A model generated the notes under the pieces. It saw only the letters and a list, made by a program, of their open reading frames with translations. It searched no databases and was not told where the DNA came from. Positions 18,076 through 26,314 of a DNA stretch of 32,000 nt are shown piece by piece; positions within the stretch are counted from its first letter, which is position 1, and the number at the start of each line of letters is the position of its first letter. The position numbers were made by a program, and so were the translations under genes. The stretch comes from Dubosiella newyorkensis (GTDB lineage: Bacteria > Bacillota_I > Bacilli_A > Erysipelotrichales > Erysipelotrichaceae), in NCBI RefSeq assembly GCF_001945605.1, contig NZ_MPKA01000054.1, positions 1-32,000 of the forward strand. Reading direction: 5' to 3'.

Positions 18076-18104
18076 TTTACACATTTCCTCGTTTTTTTCA
18101 TAAT
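18076..18104 (+). promoter_or_regulatory. Candidate promoter of the yihY-like gene
   Basis: TTTACA (18076-18081), 17 nt, CATAAT (18099-18104). The -10 sits in the loop of a 12-bp inverted repeat. Confidence 0.45.
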
Positions 18105-18128
18105 ATAGAAAAAACGAGGAGAGAGAGC

Positions 18129-19019
18129 ATGGCTGGATTTAAACGCTTAAAGGCATCTTTGCAAGAAAAAAAAGACACAAATTTATTGTTTGCGCTGGTT
18201 CAGCGGTATTTGAACAACAATATTGGCACGAAGTCGGCGGCGATGGCGTATTATCTTGTTTTTACGCTTTTTCCTTTGATGATCGTTCTTGGGAACATTT
18301 TGGCAATGTTCCATATCAATGTGGATACGCTCACGAGTTTTTTGAAGCCGCTCATGCCTATGGATACGATTCAATTGTTGGCGAGCTACATCAATTATGT
18401 GAATGAGTCGTTCAGTCCGGTTTTTTTGTCGTTTGCGATCATTTTTTCGATTTATTTTCCATATCGGGCGATCAAGGATCTGATGGAGGATGTTCGTGCG
18501 GCGTATGGGCTTGGCAAGCGCGCTTCTTTTTTGTCTTCGTTATGGCGCGAGCTTGTATGTACGTTCCTGATTCCATTGAGCTTGTTGTTGTCGTTTTTAT
18601 TGGTGGTGCTTGGTGAAAATGTCATTCGTTTCTTTTTGGGTTTTTTCCCGGCGGATTTTTTTCATATTTCGGATTTGATCTTGCATTTGTGGCAATATTT
18701 ACGGTTCGTGGCGGCCGCTTTATTGATGGGGGCTTCTTTAGGTGTCTTGTATCAGTTGAGCCTGGATCAATGGGTGCGGTTCAAAAAGGTCGTGCCAGGG
18801 ATCGCGTTTGCGATCTTGGTATGGATCGTCATGTGTATCGGATTTTCGTTTTATGTGGAAAACTTTGCCCATTATTCTGTGATCTATGGAGCGCTTGGTG
18901 GTTTTATCGTTCTGCTGTTGTGGTTGTATTGGACAAGCTTGATCTTCATCATGGGTGGCGAGTTCAATGCGGCGATCGATAAGAAGCGTCAGATCGAGAT
19001 GGATGTTCAAAAAGCATAA
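18129..19019 (+). CDS. YihY/BrkB (virulence factor BrkB / former RNase BN) family membrane protein
   Basis: 296 aa, six hydrophobic segments, family-typical N-terminus (..AAMAYYLVFTLFPLMIVL..). Confidence 0.85.
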   Translation: MAGFKRLKASLQEKKDTNLLFALVQRYLNNNIGTKSAAMAYYLVFTLFPLMIVLGNILAMFHINVDTLTSFLKPLMPMDTIQLLASYINYVNESFSPVFLSFAIIFSIYFPYRAIKDLMEDVRAAYGLGKRASFLSSLWRELVCTFLIPLSLLLSFLLVVLGENVIRFFLGFFPADFFHISDLILHLWQYLRFVAAALLMGASLGVLYQLSLDQWVRFKKVVPGIAFAILVWIVMCIGFSFYVENFAHYSVIYGALGGFIVLLLWLYWTSLIFIMGGEFNAAIDKKRQIEMDVQKA

Positions 19020-19028
19020 GAAGAGAAA

Positions 19029-19056
19029 GAAGGAGCCTTGTGGGCTCCTTCTTTTT
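19029..19056. terminator. Bidirectional rho-independent terminator (yihY-like gene / Nudix gene)
   Basis: 9-bp stem GAAGGAGCC/GGCTCCTTC, loop TTGTG, T5 downstream and an A-rich run upstream. Confidence 0.75.
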
Positions 19057-19471
19057 AGGGGAATAAGAGGGTGTCTTGAGCTAATTTTTGAGCGATCGGC
19101 AAGTCTGCTGGAAGCCAGTCGATTGAAAGAAGGTCAGCGGGCAAGACCCATTTGGCGGCTTCATGCTCCACCAATTGGAGCTCTCCGTTTTTGATCGTTC
19201 CAATAAAACAATCCATCGATAAAAGGAAAGAAGGATATTCATAGTCGATGTGCTCATAAAATTTTTGGATAGAGGTATCGACTTTAAGTTCTTCTTTGAG
19301 TTCCCGAACAAGAGCTTCTTCCTTGGTTTCATGGGGTTCTACTTTCCCTCCAGGAAACTCCCATCCTCCTTTAAATTCGCCATATCCGCGTTGCGTTGCT
19401 AAGATCTTTCCGTTTTGAATGAGGATCCCAGCGACGACGTGGATCTTTTTTTTAATTTGTGATGTAGTCAT
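19055..19471 (-). CDS. MutT/NudG-type Nudix (deoxy)nucleoside triphosphate pyrophosphohydrolase
   Basis: Nudix box GGWEFPGGKVEPHETKEEALVRELKEELKV. ATG at 19471 gives 138 aa (MTTSQIKKKIHVVAG..). The track start at 19564 would sit 113 nt inside the upstream gene. Confidence 0.85.
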   Translation of the reverse strand: MTTSQIKKKIHVVAGILIQNGKILATQRGYGEFKGGWEFPGGKVEPHETKEEALVRELKEELKVDTSIQKFYEHIDYEYPSFLLSMDCFIGTIKNGELQLVEHEAAKWVLPADLLSIDWLPADLPIAQKLAQDTLLFP

Positions 19472-22370
19472 AAATGTCTGAGCGGACTGGATGTTCGAGT
19501 TCGTATTCGATTTCAACGGCGCTTTTGCCGCCAACAGTAACGGTTTTATAATGTCCAGTCGCAAAAATCCTTCCTAAGTAGTAGAATTCTTTTGATTCTT
19601 TGTCGTCTTTGTTTTTGCGAACGAATAAATACATATTCACGTTTTTTTCTTTGGCTTTAAGCGCGATCGAAACATCGCTTGAATCGGGAGTCCTGCCTTG
19701 TTTTGAGATTGCTTTTAAAAGACTTGGCGAAATAAAACGGTCTTCGTATTTTGTCGTTTCTGAAATCGTCTCTTCCTTCACATAATTAATATAGATAGGA
19801 TATGTTTTTGTTTGTTCATCATACTTATATCCGCCAATATTCAAAGCGACTTCTCCTTTTTCCCAATTCAATAAACGGCCGACATCATCGTACGTGTACT
19901 TCGCATATAAAACAAAAGGCGAATTATCACTTGAATGCAGATATTTTGTTTTATAAAGATAGATACCATACTCGATCACTTCTTCGATACTTTCTTTGAA
20001 ATCTTTGTTTTTGAGTAAAGAATCAAAGTGAGAAGAGATCGTATAATCGTTTCCTTCTTCCTTTAAAAAGATACAATCTTTATACGTATCCTTTCCCGTT
20101 CCTGTGATGTAGTTGTTCGTAAATTGATTGACAAGATTGATCGTACCACTATGATCGAGATCAAGTCCATAGTCTTCTTTTAAGCAAGATGCAAAATGAG
20201 CAAAAGAAGGTTTCTTTTTGGAAAGAAGTTCTTTTAAAAGAAGAAGCTCATGGATCCTTTTTCCAGAAGCAAAACGCTTTGATATGTATTCTAAAATCTT
20301 TAATTGTTCTTTGGAAAAGGAGAATGGATACTCTTTTTCATATTTTTGTAAGTAAGCTGGATAGGAACCAAATTTTTGGAGGATCTTGGAAGGTTCGATT
20401 TCACCAAATTCTTCAAAATCCATCAAGGTCGGTATTCTACCGAGCATTTGTTTTAACTGCAAATAAGAATCACGAATCAATTTTGTCGTTTGAAGCTTTG
20501 CTTGATCGATCGATTCGAAGATTTTTTCTCGCGAGATCCGATCAAAATGGATCGTTGAGCTTCCGGGCAATAATCGATCGCCTTCTAAAACGAAGTGGCG
20601 GATCGTATCTTTGTTGTAGGTGCGATCGCTAGAAAGAGCGATCGGGATCATATAGTTGCTTTGATAATTACCAATAAAATCTAAGATCACGACATATTCT
20701 TTTTCTTTATATTTTCGTAAGCCTCTTCCAAGTTGTTGAATAAAGATGATCGGACTTTCTGTAGGACGTAGCATGATGATTTGATTGATACTTGGAATAT
20801 CGACGCCTTCATTGAAGATTTCAACAGTAAAAATATAATCCAAACTGTTTTCTTTTTCATTTTGTGCAAGACGTGCGATCGCTTGTTCTCTTATTTGTGA
20901 AGAATCTTCACCTGTTAAATATGTCGTATGAAACCCTTTTTGATTGAACCGGTTCGAAAGTTCTTTGGCTTCTTCTTTCCGAGAAACAAAGATCAATCCT
21001 TTTGGACGAGGACCACTATATCCATAGTATTGGATCTTTTCGATGATATAGTTCACGCGATCTTCTTGGATTAGATAGTTAAAATTTCTGAGATCTTCTT
21101 TTTCGTAAAGATTTCCATCAACTAAAAAATCGGTGATCCCAAAATAATGGAAAGGACAAAGTAAATTTTCTTTTAAAGCTTGATTCAAACGGATCTCATA
21201 GGCGATGTTATGATCGAAAAGTGCATAGAGATCATAATTGTCTCTTCGTTCTGGAGTTGCTGTCATCCCTAACAAAAGTTTTGGTTCAAAATAATGAATT
21301 ATTTTTTGATAGCTGTATGCACCAGCACGATGAACTTCATCGATGATGATCGCATCAAACTCTCTTGGATCAAGATTTGATAGGACATCATCTTTAGAGA
21401 CGAATTGGATCGTCGAAAATACATAGTCTGCCCTTGAGGATCGATGCTTGGAAGTCAATTTTCCATAGGTTCTTTCTTCTTTGAGAACGACTTGAAAGCT
21501 GTTGAGTGCTTGTTCTACGATCACGTCACGATGAACAAGAAAGAGGATCCGCTGAAAATGGAGCTCGCGCATCGCAAAAGCAGCAGCAAATGTTTTCCCT
21601 GTCCCTGTAGAGCTGATCAATAAAGCCCGTTTTTGCCCATGATCGATGAGCTTTTTTAAATTTTTGATGAACGCGTGTTGCATCGTGTTTGGCTCAAGCT
21701 TTTGAACGATTGTTTTCGTATCCGTATGAGGTAAAGTACTGTTGAATGTTTTATGATAGTTTTTAAACTCTTCTTGATAAAAATCTTTGAATTCCACATA
21801 ATCAAAACTCATTTCAGAATTCCAATACGTATTGAATTCAAAGAGAAGAGATGTGCTTAAGCTTCCTGTTTCTAAAGCAACGATGCGAGTATTCCATTCT
21901 TTATTCACTGTCAGCGCGGATTGGGTTAAGTTAGAGCTTCCAATGATTGCCCGAACTTGATTACCTCTTTTGAAAATATAGCCTTTTGTGTGAAAGCCGG
22001 GAGCGTTTGGCTGAACATGGTAGAGCTTGACTTCAATATTTTTTAAGTTCGAAAGACGCTCAAGTGCCGATGGATCAGAAAAACATAAGTAATCGGTCGT
22101 TAAGATCTTTCCGGGAATGCCTTTTTCTTCTAGTTCCTTGAATACTTGGAGAAGAGGAGTAAGGCCGCTCATGGTGATAAAAGCCGTGCTAAAACAAAAG
22201 GAATCACAATTCTTCAATTCTTCTTCAAGGGCGACAAGGACCTTTTTGCCTTGAAGAGGATCGTTTTGGAGAAGCTGTAATTCTAGGTCGGGACGAGAAT
22301 AATAATCTTGATCGATCAAAGATGTTTGTACTGAAGCTAATAATTCTTCTTTATGGATCGTAGTATACAT
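19452..22370 (-). CDS. SauUSI-like PLD-nuclease / SF2 helicase-ATPase / DUF3427 protein (putative Type IV modification-dependent restriction enzyme)
   Basis: 972 aa. PLD motif FHTKGYIFKRGNQVRAIIGSSNLT; Walker A SSTGTGKTF; DEVH box; motif VI QQLGRGLR; C-terminal DUF3427-like region (..FVLYAKYTYDDVGRLLNW..FYYLGRI..). RBS AAGAGGGA. Confidence 0.85.
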   Translation of the reverse strand: MYTTIHKEELLASVQTSLIDQDYYSRPDLELQLLQNDPLQGKKVLVALEEELKNCDSFCFSTAFITMSGLTPLLQVFKELEEKGIPGKILTTDYLCFSDPSALERLSNLKNIEVKLYHVQPNAPGFHTKGYIFKRGNQVRAIIGSSNLTQSALTVNKEWNTRIVALETGSLSTSLLFEFNTYWNSEMSFDYVEFKDFYQEEFKNYHKTFNSTLPHTDTKTIVQKLEPNTMQHAFIKNLKKLIDHGQKRALLISSTGTGKTFAAAFAMRELHFQRILFLVHRDVIVEQALNSFQVVLKEERTYGKLTSKHRSSRADYVFSTIQFVSKDDVLSNLDPREFDAIIIDEVHRAGAYSYQKIIHYFEPKLLLGMTATPERRDNYDLYALFDHNIAYEIRLNQALKENLLCPFHYFGITDFLVDGNLYEKEDLRNFNYLIQEDRVNYIIEKIQYYGYSGPRPKGLIFVSRKEEAKELSNRFNQKGFHTTYLTGEDSSQIREQAIARLAQNEKENSLDYIFTVEIFNEGVDIPSINQIIMLRPTESPIIFIQQLGRGLRKYKEKEYVVILDFIGNYQSNYMIPIALSSDRTYNKDTIRHFVLEGDRLLPGSSTIHFDRISREKIFESIDQAKLQTTKLIRDSYLQLKQMLGRIPTLMDFEEFGEIEPSKILQKFGSYPAYLQKYEKEYPFSFSKEQLKILEYISKRFASGKRIHELLLLKELLSKKKPSFAHFASCLKEDYGLDLDHSGTINLVNQFTNNYITGTGKDTYKDCIFLKEEGNDYTISSHFDSLLKNKDFKESIEEVIEYGIYLYKTKYLHSSDNSPFVLYAKYTYDDVGRLLNWEKGEVALNIGGYKYDEQTKTYPIYINYVKEETISETTKYEDRFISPSLLKAISKQGRTPDSSDVSIALKAKEKNVNMYLFVRKNKDDKESKEFYYLGRIFATGHYKTVTVGGKSAVEIEYELEHPVRSDIYDYITN

Positions 22371-22433
22371 GTGGTTCCCTCTTATTGGCAGGATAGCATA
22401 TTCAAAGCTTTAGATCAAAAAGACAAAGAGAAT

Positions 22434-22442
22434 TGATATAAT
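22434..22442 (+). promoter_or_regulatory. Extended -10 promoter (TGaTATAAT) placing the TSS at or next to the TetR ATG (leaderless)
   Basis: The -10 ends at 22442 and the ATG is at 22449. There is no SD sequence between them. Confidence 0.45.
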
Positions 22443-22448
22443 TGAAAC

Positions 22449-23007
22449 ATGGATACCAAAGAAAAGATCGGCTACACGCCTCTAGAAAAGATCAAAAAAA
22501 AAGCCACTTTCAAAGATCACGATCCAAGAGATCGCAAAAGAAGCCCAAGTCTCTAAACAAACTTTTTATAATTATTTTGAAGATAAGGAAGCTCTCATCC
22601 AATATATCTATGTCCACTTCATCATTCCTGACTTTGATGAGACAGTTTTTTCAGTTTCTTTTTTCCAAAGCTATCTACGATCGTTGAAGCAAATGAAAAA
22701 ATACGGATCCTTTATGAAGCAAGCATTGATGATCGAAGGACAAAACAGTTTAAGATCGTATATTTCAACCCATTGCGAAACGTTCGATCTAGCCTATCAT
22801 CGATATTTGTATGGAAAAGAACTGAATGAAACGTTGCGCTTATCCACGATTTATCATGCCTCTGCCTCAAGCGCAATGACTTTTTCTTGGATCTTAGGAG
22901 AATTTCAAGGAAAAGAAGAAGAGCTTGCCAAACTTGTCTGCCAAATGAGACGTCTTGGAATGGATGCTCTTTGTCAAAAACAAGATCCGTATCAAGTGGA
23001 CGATTGA
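22449..23007 (+). pseudogene. TetR/AcrR-family regulator interrupted by a frameshift in an A9 homopolymer
   Basis: ATG at 22449 encodes MDTKEKIGYTPLEKIKKK in frame A, which stops at 22554-22556. The HTH (PLSKITIQEIAKEAQVSKQTFYNYFEDKEAL) and the rest of the protein continue in the +1 frame to 23007. The switch point is the A9 run at 22494-22502. Confidence 0.75.
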
Positions 23008-23031
23008 TCAAAAACGTAAATCGTCTTTTTT
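22999..23031 (+). terminator. Terminator-like hairpin after the TetR gene
   Basis: Stem GACGATT/AATCGTC with a 13-nt loop, then T6. Confidence 0.45.
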
Positions 23032-23077
23032 CATCGTTTTTGATATGATTAAAACAACATAAAGACGAGGGAAGAAG

Positions 23078-23905
23078 ATGAAAAAACTAGAGAGAAGCCA
23101 ACAAGGGCAAGTGATCGCACCGGCTTCGATCGCGATCAAAAAAGAAGCATTTGACAACCGTCAAGAAACAGCGATCTATTGGCTAGGAGGAGGAGCAGCC
23201 ATGATCAATTCGCATGGAACGAATCTTTTGATCGATCCAGTACTCGAAGGATTTGACCTTCCGCTGCTCATAGAAAATCCGTTGCCGATCGAAGAGGTTG
23301 GAAAAGTCGATGGCGTTTTGATCACCCATATTGACAATGATCATTTTTCAAGACCGACACTCAAAGATATTCGTGAGCAGACTTTTTCCTATCATGCGCC
23401 TCATTATGTGGCTGAGCAAATGCAAAAGGAAGGACTTCCAGGCACAGGACACGATATTTACGACACGTTTTCAATAGGAACGATGAAGATCCGCCTAACA
23501 CCCGCTTGCCACAATTGGCAGAACGGTTCTTCCAAATACAATTTCCGATATTGGAAGGAAGAGGATTATTGTGGCTATTGGATCGACACGCAAGATGGCT
23601 CGATTTGGATGCCGGGCGATTCGAAACTGCTTCATTCTCAATTGCATATGCCTGATCCCGATGCGATCTTGTTCGATTTTGCGGATAATGACTGGCATAT
23701 TACTTTAGAAGGCGCGATCCAGCTTGCCAACAACTATCCAAAGGCAGATTTGATCTGTATTCATTGGGGGACGGTCGATGCGCCAGAAATGACGCCATTC
23801 AATGGAGATCCAGAAATTTTGAAAGAGCGGATCCAAACCCCAGAACGGCTTCATATTCTTGCGCCTGGTGAAAAATTTGTTTTGATAAAAAAGAAAGACT
23901 GCTGA
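23078..23905 (+). CDS. MBL-fold metallo-hydrolase
   Basis: 275 aa with a THIDNDH metal-binding motif and a beta-lactamase-fold-like pattern. RBS GAGGGAAG. Confidence 0.8.
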   Translation: MKKLERSQQGQVIAPASIAIKKEAFDNRQETAIYWLGGGAAMINSHGTNLLIDPVLEGFDLPLLIENPLPIEEVGKVDGVLITHIDNDHFSRPTLKDIREQTFSYHAPHYVAEQMQKEGLPGTGHDIYDTFSIGTMKIRLTPACHNWQNGSSKYNFRYWKEEDYCGYWIDTQDGSIWMPGDSKLLHSQLHMPDPDAILFDFADNDWHITLEGAIQLANNYPKADLICIHWGTVDAPEMTPFNGDPEILKERIQTPERLHILAPGEKFVLIKKKDC

Positions 23906-23924
23906 GCGATCAGCAGCCTTTTTT
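23899..23924. terminator. Bidirectional terminator between the MBL hydrolase gene and folT
   Basis: Stem CTGCTGA/TCAGCAG with a 4-nt loop. T6 lies downstream on the + strand, and a T-rich run follows on the minus strand. Confidence 0.7.
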
Positions 23925-24468
23925 ACAGCTTGAGTTGCGGTTTGATGCGTGCGCACATCCGCAATAAAAGATAGAGCATCGTGCAGTCGATCGGGAACAT
24001 GATCACATTTTTTAATAAGCGAGCCCCCACTAAAACAAAGAAGCTATCGCCATACATGATCGACATCCATAATGAGTTCAAAAATAAGTAGTTGATCAAA
24101 ACGACGAGCAACCTTGCGACGAGCACTCTCCACACCTTGACAGGCTGTTCATAAAAGAACGAGGAAAAAATAAAAGCAAGCAAGATGGCATTGAGCGCAT
24201 AACCAGGAAAATACGGACCATCAGGATGCATCGCATAACCGATAAAATCCATGATCAACCCAGCAATCATATTCGGATAAGGTCCATAAAAATAACAGCT
24301 TGCGGCTGTGGCTAAAAAGCCAAAAGTGATTCGCAACGTGGGCGCTAGGTAAATGTTGAACATGTCGAGAATGACTTCAAGAGCACAGAACATGGCGACT
24401 CCCACGATCACTTTCGTGTTGGTGATGGCGCGAGCATTGTCTTTCAACATAACAAAGTATTGATGCAT
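23923..24468 (-). CDS. folT: ECF transporter S component, folate family
   Basis: 181 aa from the ATG at 24468, preceded by GGAAAGGAGG. FolT-like pattern (LRITFGFL, YGPYP, PYFPGY, LWMSIMYG). A THF riboswitch lies upstream. Confidence 0.85.
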   Translation of the reverse strand: MHQYFVMLKDNARAITNTKVIVGVAMFCALEVILDMFNIYLAPTLRITFGFLATAASCYFYGPYPNMIAGLIMDFIGYAMHPDGPYFPGYALNAILLAFIFSSFFYEQPVKVWRVLVARLLVVLINYLFLNSLWMSIMYGDSFFVLVGARLLKNVIMFPIDCTMLYLLLRMCARIKPQLKL

Positions 24469-24528
24469 AAAAAAACCTCCTTTCCCTCGTGCAAAGAAAA
24501 AAGAGGTCGTATTTCTTATTTCTTGGCA

Positions 24529-24629
24529 ACAGCGGGATGCAGAAAACCAATCGCAAGTTTCGTTTCCTTTTCGTTTTAGAACCAACTCCCCGTGTTCTAA
24601 ACACTTAACGCTTGTTTTCTTACTCTGCT
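24529..24629 (-). promoter_or_regulatory. THF (tetrahydrofolate) riboswitch aptamer
   Basis: The minus strand reads GCAGAGUAAGAAAACAAGCGUUAAGUGU...GCAUCCCGCUGU. This matches the conserved GAGUAG..GCGUUAAGUG..GCAUCCGCU core as I recall it. P1 is GCAGAG/CGCUGU, keeping the expected A-G mismatch with compensatory changes. Confidence 0.75.
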
Positions 24630-24638
24630 ACGACCCTT

Positions 24639-24666
24639 AGTATAGGCCGATTTTTTGATTTGTAAA
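24639..24666 (-). promoter_or_regulatory. Promoter of the THF riboswitch-folT transcript
   Basis: On the minus strand: TTTACA (24661-24666), 16 nt, TATACT (24639-24644), about 10 nt before the aptamer. Confidence 0.55.
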
Positions 24667-24792
24667 CCACAAAAATTCCACAATCTGGAAAACGTTTTCT
24701 TTTTTAGAAATATGCTAAAAAGTTCACAATCTTACATATAGAAAAATTGAAATATCTATTCTATACTACAAATGAAAAGAGGAATAAATTGT

Positions 24793-25767
24793 ATGATAAT
24801 TGATAAATTAGAAGATAAAGTCCGCGGTAGAGGGACTAAGATCGTCTTTACAGAAGGTTGGGATCCTCGTGTTCAAAAAGCTGTCATTGAATTGAAAAAA
24901 AATGACGTCGTAGAACCGATCCTTTTAGGAGAAAAAGAAGAAATCGAAAGTTGCGCGAAAGAAAATGGATTCGACTTGACAGGGATCCAAATGCTTTCTC
25001 CTTCCGATTTCCCAGATATGGATGCGATGGCTTTGAAAATGGTCGAACTCCGTCGTGGTAAATTAGATATGGCTCGTTGCCGCAAAGCATTGGAGAGCAC
25101 GAACTACTTTGGAACGATGCTCGTTCAAATGGGCTATGCGGATGGCTTGCTCGGTGGTGCGACATATTCGACAGCCGATACGGTGCGTCCAGCGCTTCAA
25201 TTAGTCAAAGCAGCTCCAGGAAACGCGCTAGTATCTTCTTCGTTCTTGCTAGTCAAAGGGGATGAAGAATACGTGATGGGCGATTGCTCCATCAACATTA
25301 ATCCAAATGCGGATGATCTTGTTGAGATCACGATGCAGACGGCATTTACTGCTCGTCAATTTGGTTTGGAACCAAAAGTCGCTCTCCTTTCGTATTCGAC
25401 GATGGGTTCTGCAAAAGGGGATTGTGTAGCGAAGATGGCCGAAGCCGCTGTTCGTTTGAAACGTATGCCGATCGATTTTGCTGTCGATGGAGAAATGCAG
25501 TTTGACTGTGCCGTATCTCCCGAAGTCGCAGAATTAAAAGCGCCACATTCGACCGTTGCCGGACATGCCAACACATTTATTTTCCCAAATCTTTCCAGCG
25601 GAAATATTGGATATAAGATTGCTGCCCGCCTAGGCGGATGGGAAGCGATCGGACCTGTTCTTCAAGGTTTGAACGCGCCGATCAATGACTTGTCGCGAGG
25701 ATGCACTTGGGAAGAGATCTACAAGATGGCAATCGTAACGGCTGCCCAAAAATCATTAGGAATCTAA
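24793..25767 (+). CDS. pta: Phosphate acetyltransferase
   Basis: Pta pattern (IVFTEGWDPRVQKA, GGATYSTADTVRPALQ, NIGYKIA). ATG at 24793 follows AAAGAGGA; the track start is 24772. Confidence 0.92.
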   Translation: MIIDKLEDKVRGRGTKIVFTEGWDPRVQKAVIELKKNDVVEPILLGEKEEIESCAKENGFDLTGIQMLSPSDFPDMDAMALKMVELRRGKLDMARCRKALESTNYFGTMLVQMGYADGLLGGATYSTADTVRPALQLVKAAPGNALVSSSFLLVKGDEEYVMGDCSININPNADDLVEITMQTAFTARQFGLEPKVALLSYSTMGSAKGDCVAKMAEAAVRLKRMPIDFAVDGEMQFDCAVSPEVAELKAPHSTVAGHANTFIFPNLSSGNIGYKIAARLGGWEAIGPVLQGLNAPINDLSRGCTWEEIYKMAIVTAAQKSLGI

Positions 25768-25773
25768 GGAATT

Positions 25774-25803
25774 AAGAAGAAGGATGCCTCTTCTTCTTTT
25801 TTT
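25774..25803 (+). terminator. pta terminator
   Basis: AAGAAGAAGG..CCTCTTCTTCTT hairpin with a small bulge, followed by a T-run. Confidence 0.6.
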
Positions 25804-25819
25804 GTGGTATATTGTTTGC

Positions 25820-26305
25820 ATGATGGAACAGAAAGAAAAATTTCCCTATGAGATCGAGGATGGCGCGATCATGGATTTTGTCGATGGCAAATTCATGTTT
25901 GTCTTAAAAGATCACGCGTGGTCCGAGGAAGAAATCAAGATGCTTAAGAAAGTCAGGATCGCTTTTTGTTTTACGAACGATCTAGCGATTTTCGTTTTAG
26001 AGGGTGGCGACATCGACTCGAGCGATTTTTACTTCAACATCCAAGAGTGCGATGAAAAAGATCGTTTGCTCAGTCAAGAGATCTTGCCAGTCGAAATGGT
26101 GCTGGTGGATCAAAACAACGAGATCTGCCTCAAAAAGTCGGGCGCTTTCTCAAAAGAAGAGAGCACAAAGATCAAAGACTTTTTGAAACGGCAAAGCGAG
26201 ATCTCGTTTATGCCAGGAGAGTATGACGTCAATGTATCAGGTATGCAGGCGGCCTACGAACCCTATGAATTGCTGAAATATGAACAGTGTGCGATCACGA
26301 TATAG
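25820..26305 (+). CDS. Hypothetical acidic cytoplasmic protein (about 161 aa)
   Basis: The ORF starts right after the pta terminator and ends 9 nt before the ACT-domain gene. There is no SD. TGgTATATT ends 6 nt before the ATG. Confidence 0.6.
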   Translation: MMEQKEKFPYEIEDGAIMDFVDGKFMFVLKDHAWSEEEIKMLKKVRIAFCFTNDLAIFVLEGGDIDSSDFYFNIQECDEKDRLLSQEILPVEMVLVDQNNEICLKKSGAFSKEESTKIKDFLKRQSEISFMPGEYDVNVSGMQAAYEPYELLKYEQCAITI

Positions 26306-26314
26306 GAGGATTTT

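Noticed and set aside
22442-22687. 81-aa ORF at the TetR locus
   Set aside because: It is the third reading frame across the TetR gene and encodes a K/S/R-rich nonsense-looking product. The TetR HTH is in a different frame (see the frameshift finding).
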